Shown: positions 24,500-36,398 of the stretch, piece after piece
Layout of the letters: the number at the start of each line of letters is the position of its first letter
How positions within the stretch are numbered: position 1 is the first letter of the stretch
Assembly (NCBI RefSeq): GCF_004010195.1
Contig: NC_057718.1
Location: 24,235,309-24,295,082, forward strand
DNA from: Chiloscyllium plagiosum
Taxonomy: Eukaryota
DNA length: 59,774 nt
Reading direction: 5' to 3'
The notes under the pieces: model-generated
The model's database searches: none
Told to the model about the DNA's origin: nothing
Seen by the model: the letters and a program-made list of their open reading frames with translations, nothing else
Translations under genes and position numbers: made by a program

Positions 24500-25165
24500 T
24501 GAAGTGTTGCATTTGCTGTTCACAATGTGGTCTCCTCAACATTGGGGAAACAAAGCCTGGACTGGATGACCACTTCTCAGAACACTTACATTCCACCCGC
24601 AAGCTTCCAGTTGCCTTCCACTTGAACACACTGCCCTGTTCCCCGGCCATCATCTCGGTCTCGGGCTTGCTGCAGTGCTCCAGCAAAGCCCAGCTCATGC
24701 TGGAAAAGCATCACCTCATTTTCCGCATGGGGACCCTGCAGCCCTCCAGACTCAATATAGAGTTCAATAATTTTAGGCCCTGAACTCCCCCATGTCTTGG
24801 CCCTCTACACCACACACCACGTCTTGCTACCACATAGTCTGCCATTACACACTACCTATTATTAGCCACTAACAATCTCCATTAACAGCTATTGACCCTC
24901 TTAGTCAGGTCATTATTGACTCCTTCATCTGTCCAGCTGTTCTTCTCTCTCTTTGGGCTCTATCCCTACTTATCGTTTACTCCTTATCCCTTCCCCAGCC
25001 CTATCTGTTGCATATAAAACAACATTTTCCTAGCCACATCGGTTCTGAGGAAGGATCACTGGACCCAAAACATGAACTTTGATTTTTCTGCTCAGCTGCT
25101 GCCAGACCTGCTGAGCTTTTCCAGCAATTTCTATGTTTGTTTCTGGTTTGCAGGATTTGTAGTTT
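24500..25165 (+). mobile_element. Penelope-like element 3' part: GIY-YIG endonuclease remnant, 3' UTR and degenerate HHR (25045-25074)
   Basis: ORF 24469..24783 reads CICCSQCGLLNIGETK...HFSEHL...PVAFHLN...LEKHHLIFRMGTLQP..LNIEF. The HHR relic is CTGAGGA-A-GGATC-ACTG-GACCC-AAAA-CATG. Confidence 0.85.
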
Positions 25166-26395
25166 TATAAAATATAAACTAATTTTATAAAAGTTTTTGT
25201 TTTTGTATTCATCAGAATAATTTGCAAGAAATGCCAAATCAAAGAGAAAACAACATTTGCATTCATCATGTTGTGGTCCTGCACTACTTTCACTCCATTG
25301 ATCCAGCTTTGGTGCATTCACTCTCAATAACTTTGTCCAGCAAAAATATATTACCATTTAAATTATTGTTTGTTGACAGCAAGAATTTAAGGTTAATCAG
25401 TTTCACTTTCTTGATAATTTTATTTTAAATGCTTATCCAAGGATATCATGCAACCTTTTCCCCTCAATCTTAAATCTGCTATGTGTTTTGTAGGCCACAA
25501 CGTATTGCTCGTTGACAGTATCTTTTATTATAACCTGCTCAAGGAAATTATAACTAAAATTGCGCTGGAGTTCTTGATCAATGCAACTAAATACAAGTTG
25601 CAAAATTTTGATTTAAACCTTTCAAAATTTTCTGATGATTTTGCTAAGTGATACATTGCATGTGTCCAATCAAGCAGCATGTATCCTTGATCATTGTCTT
25701 TTAGGACTTGCAGTAGTCGTGAAATACAATAATGCAAATATGCAAACCATCAGCAATTCCCTCAAGTGAATTGTGATCATACGCAGCCATCAATTGTGTT
25801 TGAATTTGTTAAGTATTGTTTTTTCACTGGTTGTTCCCTGTAACCACTTATCCAGACTCTAGCTTGCTTCTCTTGTACAGTTCATGGATGCCTGTCTAAT
25901 GCATTTTAATTGTATGTGCCTTACTTTTGGGGCTCCACGTAATTCTTGGAATGGAGTTTGAATATGCTGATATAATTAGTAAATTATTGCAATTTAGTAA
26001 CTTCTATTGAAGTATCATCCATTTCAACCAGTTACCACAACCCTGACTGGAATTGTTCTGCAATTTCAGAAGAGGAAAGTATAGAAACTTATCAGTAGCA
26101 TTTTTGCTTCTACTTTTTTTTTGTTAGCATCTCAAATTGATGTTGTGCCTGTTTTGAAATCTGATCAGTTTTCTTTATCTTCATTCTGCAAAGATTAATT
26201 ATTGAAGAATTGTGCAAATGCAGGAATAAGCCTTTTTTGTAACCATCCTCATGTTAAAAAAAACTGTAGTCCGTTCCCAATAACTACTTGCATCAGAGAG
26301 CATTTAATATTCTCAAGATCAATAAGGAGCATTCTGGATTAGTGGTGCTGGAAGAGCACAGCAGAACAAGGCAGCAGCCGAAGAGCAGTAAAATC

Positions 26396-26423
26396 GACGT
26401 TTCGGGCAAAAGCCCTTCATCAG
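26396..26423 (-). ncRNA. Minimal hammerhead motif, intact core
   Basis: gacgtttcgggcaaaagcccttcatcag is the reverse complement of CTGATGAAGGGCTTTTGCCCGAAACGTC. Confidence 0.78.
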
Positions 26424-26567
26424 GAATAAAGACAGAGAGCCTGAAGGGTGGAGAGATAAGCTAGAGGAGGGTGTGGGTGTGGGTGGGGAGAAAGTAGCAT
26501 AGAGTACAATAGGTGAGTGGGGGAGGGAATGAAGGTGATAGGTCAAGGAGGAGGGTGGAGTGGATAG

Positions 26568-26780
26568 NNNNNNNNNNNNNNNNNNNNNNNNNNNNNNNNN
26601 NNNNNNNNNNNNNNNNNNNNNNNNNNNNNNNNNNNNNNNNNNNNNNNNNNNNNNNNNNNNNNNNNNNNNNNNNNNNNNNNNNNNNNNNNNNNNNNNNNNN
26701 NNNNNNNNNNNNNNNNNNNNNNNNNNNNNNNNNNNNNNNNNNNNNNNNNNNNNNNNNNNNNNNNNNNNNNNNNNNNNNNN
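26568..26780. other. Assembly gap (213 N)
   Basis: Run of n characters. Confidence 1.
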
Positions 26781-26932
26781 CCTGAAGCTCTTCAACCATG
26801 ACCCCACCCTCTTCCCTGACCTATCACCTTCATCCCCTCTCCCACTCACCTACTGTACTCCATGCTACTTTCTCCCCACCCCCACCCTCCTCTAGCTTAT
26901 CTCTCTACGCTTCAGGCTCTCTGCCTTTATTC

Positions 26933-26960
26933 CTGATGAAGGGCTTTTGCCCGAAACGTC
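26933..26960 (+). ncRNA. Minimal hammerhead motif, intact core
   Basis: CTGATGAAGGGCTTTTGCCCGAAACGTC, identical to 568-595. Confidence 0.78.
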
Positions 26961-27653
26961 GATTTTACTGCTCCTCGGATGCTGCCTGAACTGCTGTGCT
27001 CTTCCAGCACCACTAATCCAAAATCTGGTTTCCAGCATCTGCAGTCATTGTTTGTACCTAATCAATAAGGAGCAACCTACTTGCAAATTTGAGGCATTGT
27101 GTATGCTTGTGCGAGAAATAGCTTTCTGCCATCAATGTGGTATTAGATTCTTTCAAATTTTTCCAGTTCAATTTTGCTGTAAGAAAGAGATTCATACAGC
27201 TTTGCCTTTCCAATCACAATAGTGAGCTAGCTACTTGTGTTTCACCTCAAGAAGAACATCTTTTAAAGTTGCTTCCTGAAACCAACATTAATTAAGAGTT
27301 GTTTAGCCTTCACACCTTAATATTCATGTGGCTGATATCAAATTATTTTGTGCTAGCCTTGTGAAATGTTTTGACATGTTTTATTACTTTAAAGGTGCTG
27401 TATAAATAAAATTGTTGTTGAATGGTGTCATCTTTAGATATTACAGCATATTTCCATTCCTTGCAGCCTGTTTGCTTTGACAATAGGTTTCTGTCACCAC
27501 AAAGTAGTGAAATGTCATGTTAATTGGCTAACTAATAAACATGAACATTATGATCAGATATTTTTGTTTGTTCAGAGATAAGGTGGGAAATGTGTTAAGA
27601 GTACTGATGTTAAAATGGGAACTGGAATCCAGTGATGTTTTAATACTACTTAA

Positions 27654-28012
27654 GGGGAGACTCTGTGATGTAACAATGATGTCACTGGACTGGCAATCCA
27701 GACTCCCAGACTAGTGTTTTGAAGATATAGGTTTGAATCCTGCCGTGACAGATGGCGAAATTTGAATTCACTCATATCTGGAATAAAGAGCTGGGCTAAT
27801 GGTAACCATATGGTGGAACCAGTGCTGATTGTTATAAAAAGAAACTATGTGGTTCATAAATGTCCTTTAGGAAAGAAGCTATGTCCATGCCAGGTCTGGC
27901 TAATATGTGACTTCAGTGCAACAGCAATATAATTAACTCCCAAATCTCCTCTGGGCATTTAGAGATGGGACATAAATTCTGGCCCAGCCAGCGATCTCCC
28001 ATTCTGTGAAGT
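27654..28012 (+). mobile_element. tRNA-derived SINE
   Basis: tRNA-like head (...ggtttgaatcc B box) and core gaaatttgaattca. The 3' end is shared with the LINE family at 39203-39500. Confidence 0.7.
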
Positions 28013-28718
28013 TTAGAAAAAACAGATTCACTTTTCCAAGGCACACTTGTTATTTCTGAAACATTTAGTTTGTTCCAGGGATGTGCACAAGGGTTTTATT
28101 GACACCAATTGGACCTAGCATTAAGTTTCAGTCGTTGCATAATTGTCGATCATGTCAGTATGAATGTGTTAAAGGTTAATGTTGACTTAGTCATGGTGTG
28201 TAACTATGATAATTCACTGCACAACATCTTGTTTATTAAGCAGCTCCTTGAATGTACATGCTTTGTTGTTGATCTCTCTTTATCTTTTGCATACACTAAC
28301 TGACATTAACTTGAAATCTAGCTTTGTTAACAGTGGATTTAAGTAAACGTGGAGTGTCTTTGATAGTTTATTAAGTTTCTGTTGGTTTTGGTGAAGTAAC
28401 TTGTCCCCAAAAATTGCCATTTATACAAGAAATTTCTGAGATAAGCAATTAATCCAGACCTATAGTCAGACTTAGCCAATTTTTAGTGCAACACGGTTTA
28501 AAGTTGCTGAATTGGACTACTGTTGTGTTAACTGTATCACGTGTCAAATTGATCTTCAAATTTCCATGAAAACAAATTCCTAAGTATTGTTGTCAGTAGA
28601 TTGTATATGCAGTGACAGTAGAAACTTGACATTTAGCACTGTAACATTTTGACATTGGCAAGAAAGTGTGATTCAGAAAAATGGGAACAACTCTTTGCTT
28701 AGCTTCATGTTTGGTCAA

Positions 28719-28903
28719 CATAGAATCATAGAATCTCTACAGTGTGGAAGCCATTCAGTCTATCAAGTCGACACTTTCCCTTTGAAGGGTATCTCATCCT
28801 ATCCCTGTCACCCTGCATTTCCCATGGCTAATCCACCCAGCCTGCACATCCCTGGATACAATATGGGCAATTTAGCATTGCCAGTCCACCTTACCTGCAC
28901 ATC
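28719..28903 (-). mobile_element. V-SINE fragment
   Basis: catagaatcatagaat tail and gggcaatttagcat...cctgcacatc core on the antisense strand. Confidence 0.75.
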
Positions 28904-29027
28904 AATGAAATCAGTTGAATTATGATGAAAGAAGTGCATCTCTCTTTAAGATGTTGTGTGCAGGTAATGACCCGTTTGATCTTAGCAGAAATGTTTTTTT
29001 TCCCTGAGAAGTATCATGCCACCAACT

Positions 29028-29049
29028 CCCCCCCCCCCCCCCCCCCCCC
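29028..29049. repeat. Poly-C tract (22 nt)
   Basis: Read directly from the sequence. Confidence 0.9.
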
Positions 29050-30313
29050 TCCATCTGAACTCTGGGCTTTGAATGTTTTGACAGATCTAATCGATGAGGT
29101 TCCCAGCTCGCCTTCACACTGATTGGGAAGAAAAACAACCTGATAATTTTTCACCAGCTTAGCAAACAGAAAGCATGAAATCCTTTAAAAACTTGATCCT
29201 CTTATCCCAGTTCTGCCTGCAAGTATCCTCCCTTTCCCATTTCAAAATAAACAAAGTTGAAAGCTGGGCACCTGTTAATGACTCTTTGTTGTGATCTATT
29301 TGGTCCAATATAACAGTAGTGAGGAAACTCTCAAGCCAATCTGACTAGATTGTTTGCAGCCACTTTGTCCTGAAATTACCATCCACGGCCAGCACGAGTC
29401 TGCATGAAATTTAGCTATTATAGATGGTCAGTACAAAACTGATTTGACAATTTGGTAATTCTGTTTTTTAATTAAGGAAGCACTTTAATTTTACTGCTGC
29501 TGTCAATTTATTGGCGATAATTTATATGTTAAGGTACTGTACCTTAATGACTGATGGTTAGTATTTTAGCCATATCACAATAATATGAACTACAAGGGGT
29601 CTAGAATTATTGCCCCAATTTAAGGGGAATAAATCTGTTTGCACTAAATGATTAAAAATAAACTTGAGTTTATATTTTTTGAAATCTTGAGAGAAATTAT
29701 ATAATCAGTGTGCTCTTGAAATGTGTAAATAGTTTGAATAATTTAATTTTGAATGTCAGTAAAATGATGAGAAATTTATTACCTAGATGTCATTGGTATC
29801 TCAACGGCATGCATAGCTAGCACTAAAAGAGTAGAGCAATGAAATGGTCAAAGTGCACATTAAAACCAGCTCAACAAAAATGTCTCAACAGCCAATTTAA
29901 ATGCCAATTTTACACACACTTGATATCACACTGCCATCCCCCTACTCCAGAGGCACTTCTTGATCTAAACTTTTGAAATATAGCAGGTATGCAGGTATGT
30001 ACAATCATAGAACAACTAAGAATGTTGGCAGGTTACTAACCCTTTCCATGTTTAAAAATGTTATTGTGTAGGAAACAGCCCAGGTCATGATGTTCTGACT
30101 CTGGGGGTGGAAGCAATATGTTGCCTTCAAGTACCACCTGGGCTTCGAAATGGAATTGTGCTGCTTTTAAATAGAACAGTCAGGCTGATGGCTGACTCGT
30201 TGCGAGAGTTGAAACTATCATTGACATTCCAAACAATAGCCAGTAGAAATTGACATTTAACTAGGTTACTAAGACAAAGGGTTAATAACAGCATCAAATC
30301 TTAATGCTCATTC

Positions 30314-30650
30314 AGAGAGTCACAGAGATGTACAGCATGAAAACAGACCCTTCGGTCCAACCCATCCATGCCGACCAGATATCCCAACCCAATCTAGTCC
30401 CGCCTGCCAGCACCCGGCCCATATCCGTCCAAACCCTTCCTATTCATATGCCAATCCAAATGACTTTTAAATGTTGCAATTGTAACAGCCTCCACCACTT
30501 CCTCTGGCGTACATGTACCACCCTCTGTGTGGAAAAGGTTGCCCCTTAGTTCTCTTTTATATCTTTCCCCTCTCACCCTAAATCTGTGCCCTCTAGTTCT
30601 GGACTCCATGACCCCAGGGAAAAGACTTTGTCTATTTATCCTATCCATGC
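30314..30650 (-). mobile_element. CR1 (HER1-like) 3' end
   Basis: ORF 30394..30648 reads MDRINRQSLFPG..SRTRGHRFRVRGERYK...EVVEA.TIATFK.HLD. Confidence 0.88.
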
Positions 30651-33311
30651 TTCAATGCAGATTTAATGGGCTCCTCTTGTTCAGTGATGTTCCTACCATT
30701 CTATTTTCACACCAATGTAGTGGAGTAGGATGACTCTTCACTGTTTGCACAAATACAAAAATAACAGCAGTGTGATAGCAGTAGTTGCAGTATTACTGCA
30801 GTTCTAAAAAACAAAGAAAAAGAAATTGTTCTTTGTTGGAATGAGACTGAATATTGTTTTTGCCAAACAGTTCCAATGCCAGGACCCCTGCAGGTTGAAT
30901 GACTTCAAAGTCATTTGCTCTTGCTTTTAAAATAGTAGTGCCATATGGAGTTATGAGAAAATAATAACTAGAGTAGATAGGGGAATTTATGGACATATTT
31001 TCTGAAATGGCAATTTAGCTCCAGATTTCCAAAAAGGAAGTGCTTTTGTTCTTTTTGCCAGATAAGATTGCCATTTGGTCATTATTGTAGCAATAAATTT
31101 GGTGACTGCAGAACCCAACCATCTTGTCTTGTCTGAAGGCAAGCACTCTATAATTGTACATTCTATTTATTAGGCACATGAATCATTGCCAGCTTTAAAT
31201 GTATCTTAGGTTTATTAAGGAATTGCCTCAACTTTTCATTCTTTACCTGGTATGTTGGAGCAGAGGGAAAATTAACTTGGAAAATTCCAACACTTTGTTT
31301 CAGAAGCCAGTACATGATGACATTGCCAAAAATGTCAGCTAAGCACCAAGATAAACTTGCCACAGATTTAAATGCCTCAATAAATTGAGTTTCATGCATC
31401 TGAGCTGGTATGGAGCCTTGGTGCTTGCAATAGGCAAATGGAATTTGACTGACTGTTGATGTTGTGGTGAAGAACAAAGGCCAACATTTGTTCTTAATGT
31501 GCCGCCACATTAATAATTAACTTCTAATCAAACTTTAAAATCTGTAAACAGTTTATCTTTCCAGAAAACTAGTTTTTTTTTTTGTTTGCATGTAATAAAT
31601 GACAGTAATGAAGTGATATGGAACATGATTGCCTGTGTCATCTTCTGGTACAATGTATATGAAGGAATGTAGTTAATTTTATGTTCTGATCACAAACTAA
31701 ATATCCAGTTGTTGTGCACATCAAGGATGCTGATGTATGTAACTTGTATGTTGCATTTAGCTGATTTATATTCAGTCCTATTCCTCCTCATTCAAATGAC
31801 TGGATACAAGCACTCAGTTCTCATGAGATTGCACATTTAGTTGTTTAAATTTAAGGAACTCTTAGGATCCAAAAAGGCACTGATCAGAGCTTGATCAGGG
31901 CATCAAAGGAAATTAAATTGGCATCTGAGGAGAGTAAATTGTAGACTGAAAAGGAAAGGCGAGAGGAGCAGGATTACCTGAGCTGTTCTTGGACAACTGA
32001 TGTCTTTTACTGCCACTGCCATATTTTGTTTCTGAAAAATTTATCCCGTGAATCAATCATAGAATCGCGCTTGTGATCCACTAAACATTTGAATTGTGCA
32101 AGAATTGGCTGCAATGTTACAAACCTAATGTAATAAACTGATGCACATGGCCAACAGAAATAATTGACACTGGTTTCTATTTTGGCCTACCTGCCTCCTC
32201 CACCTGTCACCACTTCCTCACCGCCAAAAAAAAGCTACAGATCTAGATTATGCATTTTTAATTTCATAGCAAAAATACATTTCCTTAAATCCTGTTGCTG
32301 TGACCACATTTTCACCCTACCAGCACACATTTTGAGGCATTCCACTAGCCAGATTAGATTCCTGTTTGGAAGAGAATGGAATTCTGTTGTTCTTAATATC
32401 ATCTTTCATTCTTGCTCCTACTTCTTTCTGAACATAGTTCAGTAGAGCTGAATGTTTTTACCACAAATTTTAGTAATAACATCCATGGCTTTTAATGTTC
32501 TTAATTTTATAATGCACCAGACCTTTCAAAACCTGACTTTTGGGAAGCTTTGATCATGGGCTAATTATTCATTTATTCATTTGCTTTTATGAGATTCTAT
32601 GAATAAAATTAAATGTGTGCTAAGCATAGTTTAGTTACACATTGTGATCCATGACTTTTTGTACTTTGCATTCTGCTATGCAAAATTTGTTTAATTATGG
32701 TTTTTGTGGGACTGTACCAAGATTCGACAGCTGGAGCACATACCTATTGATTTCAAGTTTATTGTGGTGTTTATATGTGTTAGTCATAGTACAGTGGGTA
32801 TCCTGGACTATTATTTGACAAGTGTTTTACCGAGCTATGATAGGTGAATAACTGTTTGTGATATCTGGATTAATTTTTATCATTTAAGATTATTATAGCC
32901 TACATTTTGCAGAGTGAAACCCAGAATATTTTTCTTCAAAATAGCCTCTCACACTGATCGCACAAATGCTGTGTAGAAATTTATTTGGCGAGAACAAGTG
33001 GTGACGAACCTATCAAATGACAGATTAATCCGGACAGTGGTGTTCATCATTTTGCTTGACATATGTCTCTATTTAGAAATGTAATTTGCAATTCTTCAGA
33101 TGGAGAAGTGGAACTTGATATAAAATGGAAAACAAACTCAAGATGATGAAGCAATGCCTCTGGGGGATATTTAATGTTTTAATTTAATTTAATATTATTT
33201 TACAACAGGGGGAATAAATCTAAATGTTTGGAAGTAGTAATTTTTATGTTCACCTTCTCCTTCAAGTGATGAAACAAATCAATTCATTACATGATTTATT
33301 ACTATTAACAT

Positions 33312-33589
33312 TTAGATTAGATTAAATACATTGTGGAAACAGGCCCTTTGGCCCAACAATTCCACAGTGACCATTCAAAGAGTAACCCAGCCAGACCCAT
33401 TTCCCTCTGACTAATGCACCTAACACGATGGGCAATTTAGCATAGCCAGCTCACCTGTGCGAGAAAACTGGAGCACCCAGACACTGGGAGAATGTGCAAA
33501 CTCCACACACAGTCATCTGAGGCTGGAATCGAACCTGGGTCCCTTGCGCTGTGAGGCAGCAATGCTAATTACTAAGCCACCATGCTGCC
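33312..33589 (-). mobile_element. V-SINE (HE1-like) with internal deletions
   Basis: ttagattagatt tail, gagaatgtgcaaactccacacacag core, and antisense tRNA head ggaatcgaacc...gccaccatgctgcc. Confidence 0.85.
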
Positions 33590-35306
33590 AAATGCAGTTT
33601 CCCAGTCAATTGTACTTTAGAATTATGAACACAGCAAAGGATTCCAATGGTTGATTGAAATTTCCGAATTGAAGTTAGCTACTGGATTAACAATTCTGCT
33701 CATTTGGTAATTCCCATTCAATTAGAATCTCAATTTCCGAGGTTGGTTTAGAGACAAACGAGATTGGATGTTTTCTCCATGTATCAGGAGACTAGTAGTT
33801 AGCCCATTTTCATGTGCCTGCTATTAGAAAACAATGTGCTTCTTTCTCATGGAAGTTAGATCCTCAAGGCGACGGATATGTGTCACCGAATATCTATGCT
33901 TTCACTATCTGTAGTGGATGGTAGCTCCTAAACTTAGTTGATCATCAAACAGATGTATTGTAAAATTCTGTTTACTCAGTCTAACGATAAACCTCTGCCC
34001 TTGTATTAAACAAACATCCCCAGAAAATGGGGTGTACACCTTGCTACCCAACAAAACCCCTCCTAGACTCTGAGACATTTTTATATAGCTTTTAAGCAGC
34101 AAGTTATGCTTCTAAAGTTAAAATTACACAGAATGAATAGTGCACAAATGGGTAATTTGGTGCAGTTAGTTCACATCAGTTCCATGTGAGCTCCCTAAAC
34201 ACAACCTGATCCAGAGAACTTGCTATTTCCCTACGCCGTAATGAGTGATGTGTCATTCCCTTAAAGAGGTATATGTTTTCACTTTAAATGCACTTTGTGG
34301 TGGTACATTTCACATTCTAACTGTTGAATAATTTTCTTTCTAATTTCCCTGTTTCATTTATTACTGACCCCATTACATATATGACACCTAACTTTGCCTT
34401 TTCCCTTGTAAGTGGAAATGTCTTTTGAATGTCTACCTAATCAACCCTTACCTAATCTGAATTATCTTTACAAATCACTCCTCAACCTACTATTTTCTAG
34501 AGAAACATGCTGCAGCCTGGTCAATATTTCCTAATAAATCTAACCCCTTAGTTCTGACATCTTAGTAAATAGGTTTTTTTAGACTGCCAAGGTGTTACTT
34601 CCTTTATTTTCCTAAATCATATATCTCTCTTGTAATGGTTTAATATGCCTGGATGGTAGTGCAATGCAAGAATTGGAGCCCTAACCTAACTATGAAATTG
34701 TCAGATGAATTAGTCTTAGAATGTTGAAATGGTGCTGAGAAAAGAATAACCAACTTACCATGCTATGCACTAGTTCTACTGAAACAGAGATGCTGAAACC
34801 TCTAGTGATTGAAGTATTCATGTTCTTAATGCTGAGTGCTCTTAAAAGCATTGTTGAATTATGTGCAAAGTAGGAGTTTTGCGTTGTCAAAGGCAACAAG
34901 AAAGCCGTTGTAAAATTTCAACAGCAAAATGGACATTGGTTGACTCTTGATGTTATTGCAAGATGATTTAAATAACACTTTTTGTTGTACCACATGACAG
35001 CTCACATCCATCATCTGAGGATCCTTTACAATGTTTGGATCATTGTGCCATGTATCACAGCTGAAGCCTTGCTTGGAATCTGCAGGATAGAATTGTTCAC
35101 ATACATTGTGTTGAAGTAGCCTTTGCCTATTTTTCTGTATCAACATTTCCACCTGTTGGAACTGAACTACGACACTTGACCAGTTCAGTTGTAGCTAGGA
35201 AAGCTGACCAAGAAAATTGATAGGTTTGACGGTTTAGAGTATGCAGGTTTTGCAATAGACCACAATGCGCAATGTACCATGCAGTTTAGGAATTGTCATG
35301 ATATCC

Positions 35307-36044
35307 AGTCATAGAGATGTACAGCATGGAAACAGACCCTTCGGTCCAACCTGTCCATGCCGACAAGATATCCTAACCCAATCTAGTCCCGCCTGCCAGC
35401 ACCTGGCTCATATCCCTCCAAACCCTTCCTATTCATATACCCATCCAAATGCCTCTTAAATGTTGCAATTGTACCAGCCTCCACCACTTCCTCTGGCAGC
35501 TCATTCCATACACGCACCAGCCTCTCCCTATAGCTCAAATCCTCCAACCCTGGCAACATCCTTGTAAATTTTTTCTGAACTTTTTCAAGTTTCACAACAT
35601 CTTTCTGATAGGAAGGAGACCAGAATTGCACGCAATATTCCAATAGTGGCCTAACCAATGTCCTGTACAGCCGCAACATGACCTCCCAACTCCTGTACTC
35701 AATACTCTGACCAATAAAGGAAAGCATACCAAACGCTGCCTTCACTATTCTATCTACCTGCAACTCCACTTTCAAAGAGCTATAAACCTGCACTCCAAGG
35801 TCTCTGTTCAGCAACACTCCCTAGGACCTTACCATTAAGTGTATATGTCTGCTAAGATTTGCTTTCCCAAAATGCAGCACCTCGCATTTATCTGAATTAA
35901 ACTCCATCTACCACTTCTCAGCCCATCTGGTCCATCTGGTCCAGATCTTGTTGTAATCTGAGGTAACCCTCTTCGCTGTCCACTACACCTCCAATTTTGG
36001 TGTCATCTGCAAACTTACTAACTATACCTGTTATGCTTACATCC
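35307..36044 (-). mobile_element. Young CR1 LINE 3' fragment with an internal deletion
   Basis: ORF 35383..35817 reads RDLGVQV...LYRTLVRPLLEYCVQFWSP...KFTRMLPGLEDLSYRERL|VRVWNELP. KFADDTKIGG is antisense at about 35990-36015. Confidence 0.92.
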
Positions 36045-36045
36045 C

Positions 36046-36398
36046 ATAAACACGCCCTTAGGCAAAAGGTACATTCAAACACAGGTTCTTCTCGGCAGGA
36101 GAGGTTTCAGAGAGAAAGTTCAGGCAAGAAACATCTGTTGAAGCATGGAAGCTCTTTTCACTGCAGCTGTTTCTCTCAGTCCCCTGCAGTTTTCAAGCAA
36201 GCCAGAAAAAAACCTGAACTGGGAGAACTGGCCACTCCCCTTTCATTGTACAACTGTTTTTATATTTTAAAAACAAAACCTCCTCAATTGACTTAAGCAA
36301 TTTCTGTCAGCCATTTCAGCATCACTGACTTGACAACTCCTCTTGGGGGGAAAAAACCCAAGATAACGTAACATTGTTAAAGGGGCAGCATCATCACA
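36046..36398. mobile_element. LTR-like fragment related to 8500-9160 (inverted)
   Basis: Terminal gcagcatcatcaca is complementary to tgtgatgatgctg at 8500. Confidence 0.35.

Larger units (their letters stand above)
26332..27060. mobile_element. Young fold-back PLE insertion with two intact HHR cores, spanning an assembly gap
   Basis: Inverted arms at about 26331-26560 and 26803-27024, tail at 27025-27060, and direct repeat atcaataaggagca at 26318-26331 and 27061-27074. Confidence 0.87.

Noticed and set aside
26319..26895. Long ORFs containing X runs
   Set aside because: They are artefacts of the N gap.
29028..29049. Poly-C tract as a functional G-quadruplex or polyproline exon
   Set aside because: It is a simple homopolymer of uncertain length with no splice context. 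The FH1 polyproline region lies far upstream in formins.
35383..35817. 144-aa ORF as a host gene
   Set aside because: It is CR1 ORF2 C-terminal sequence.
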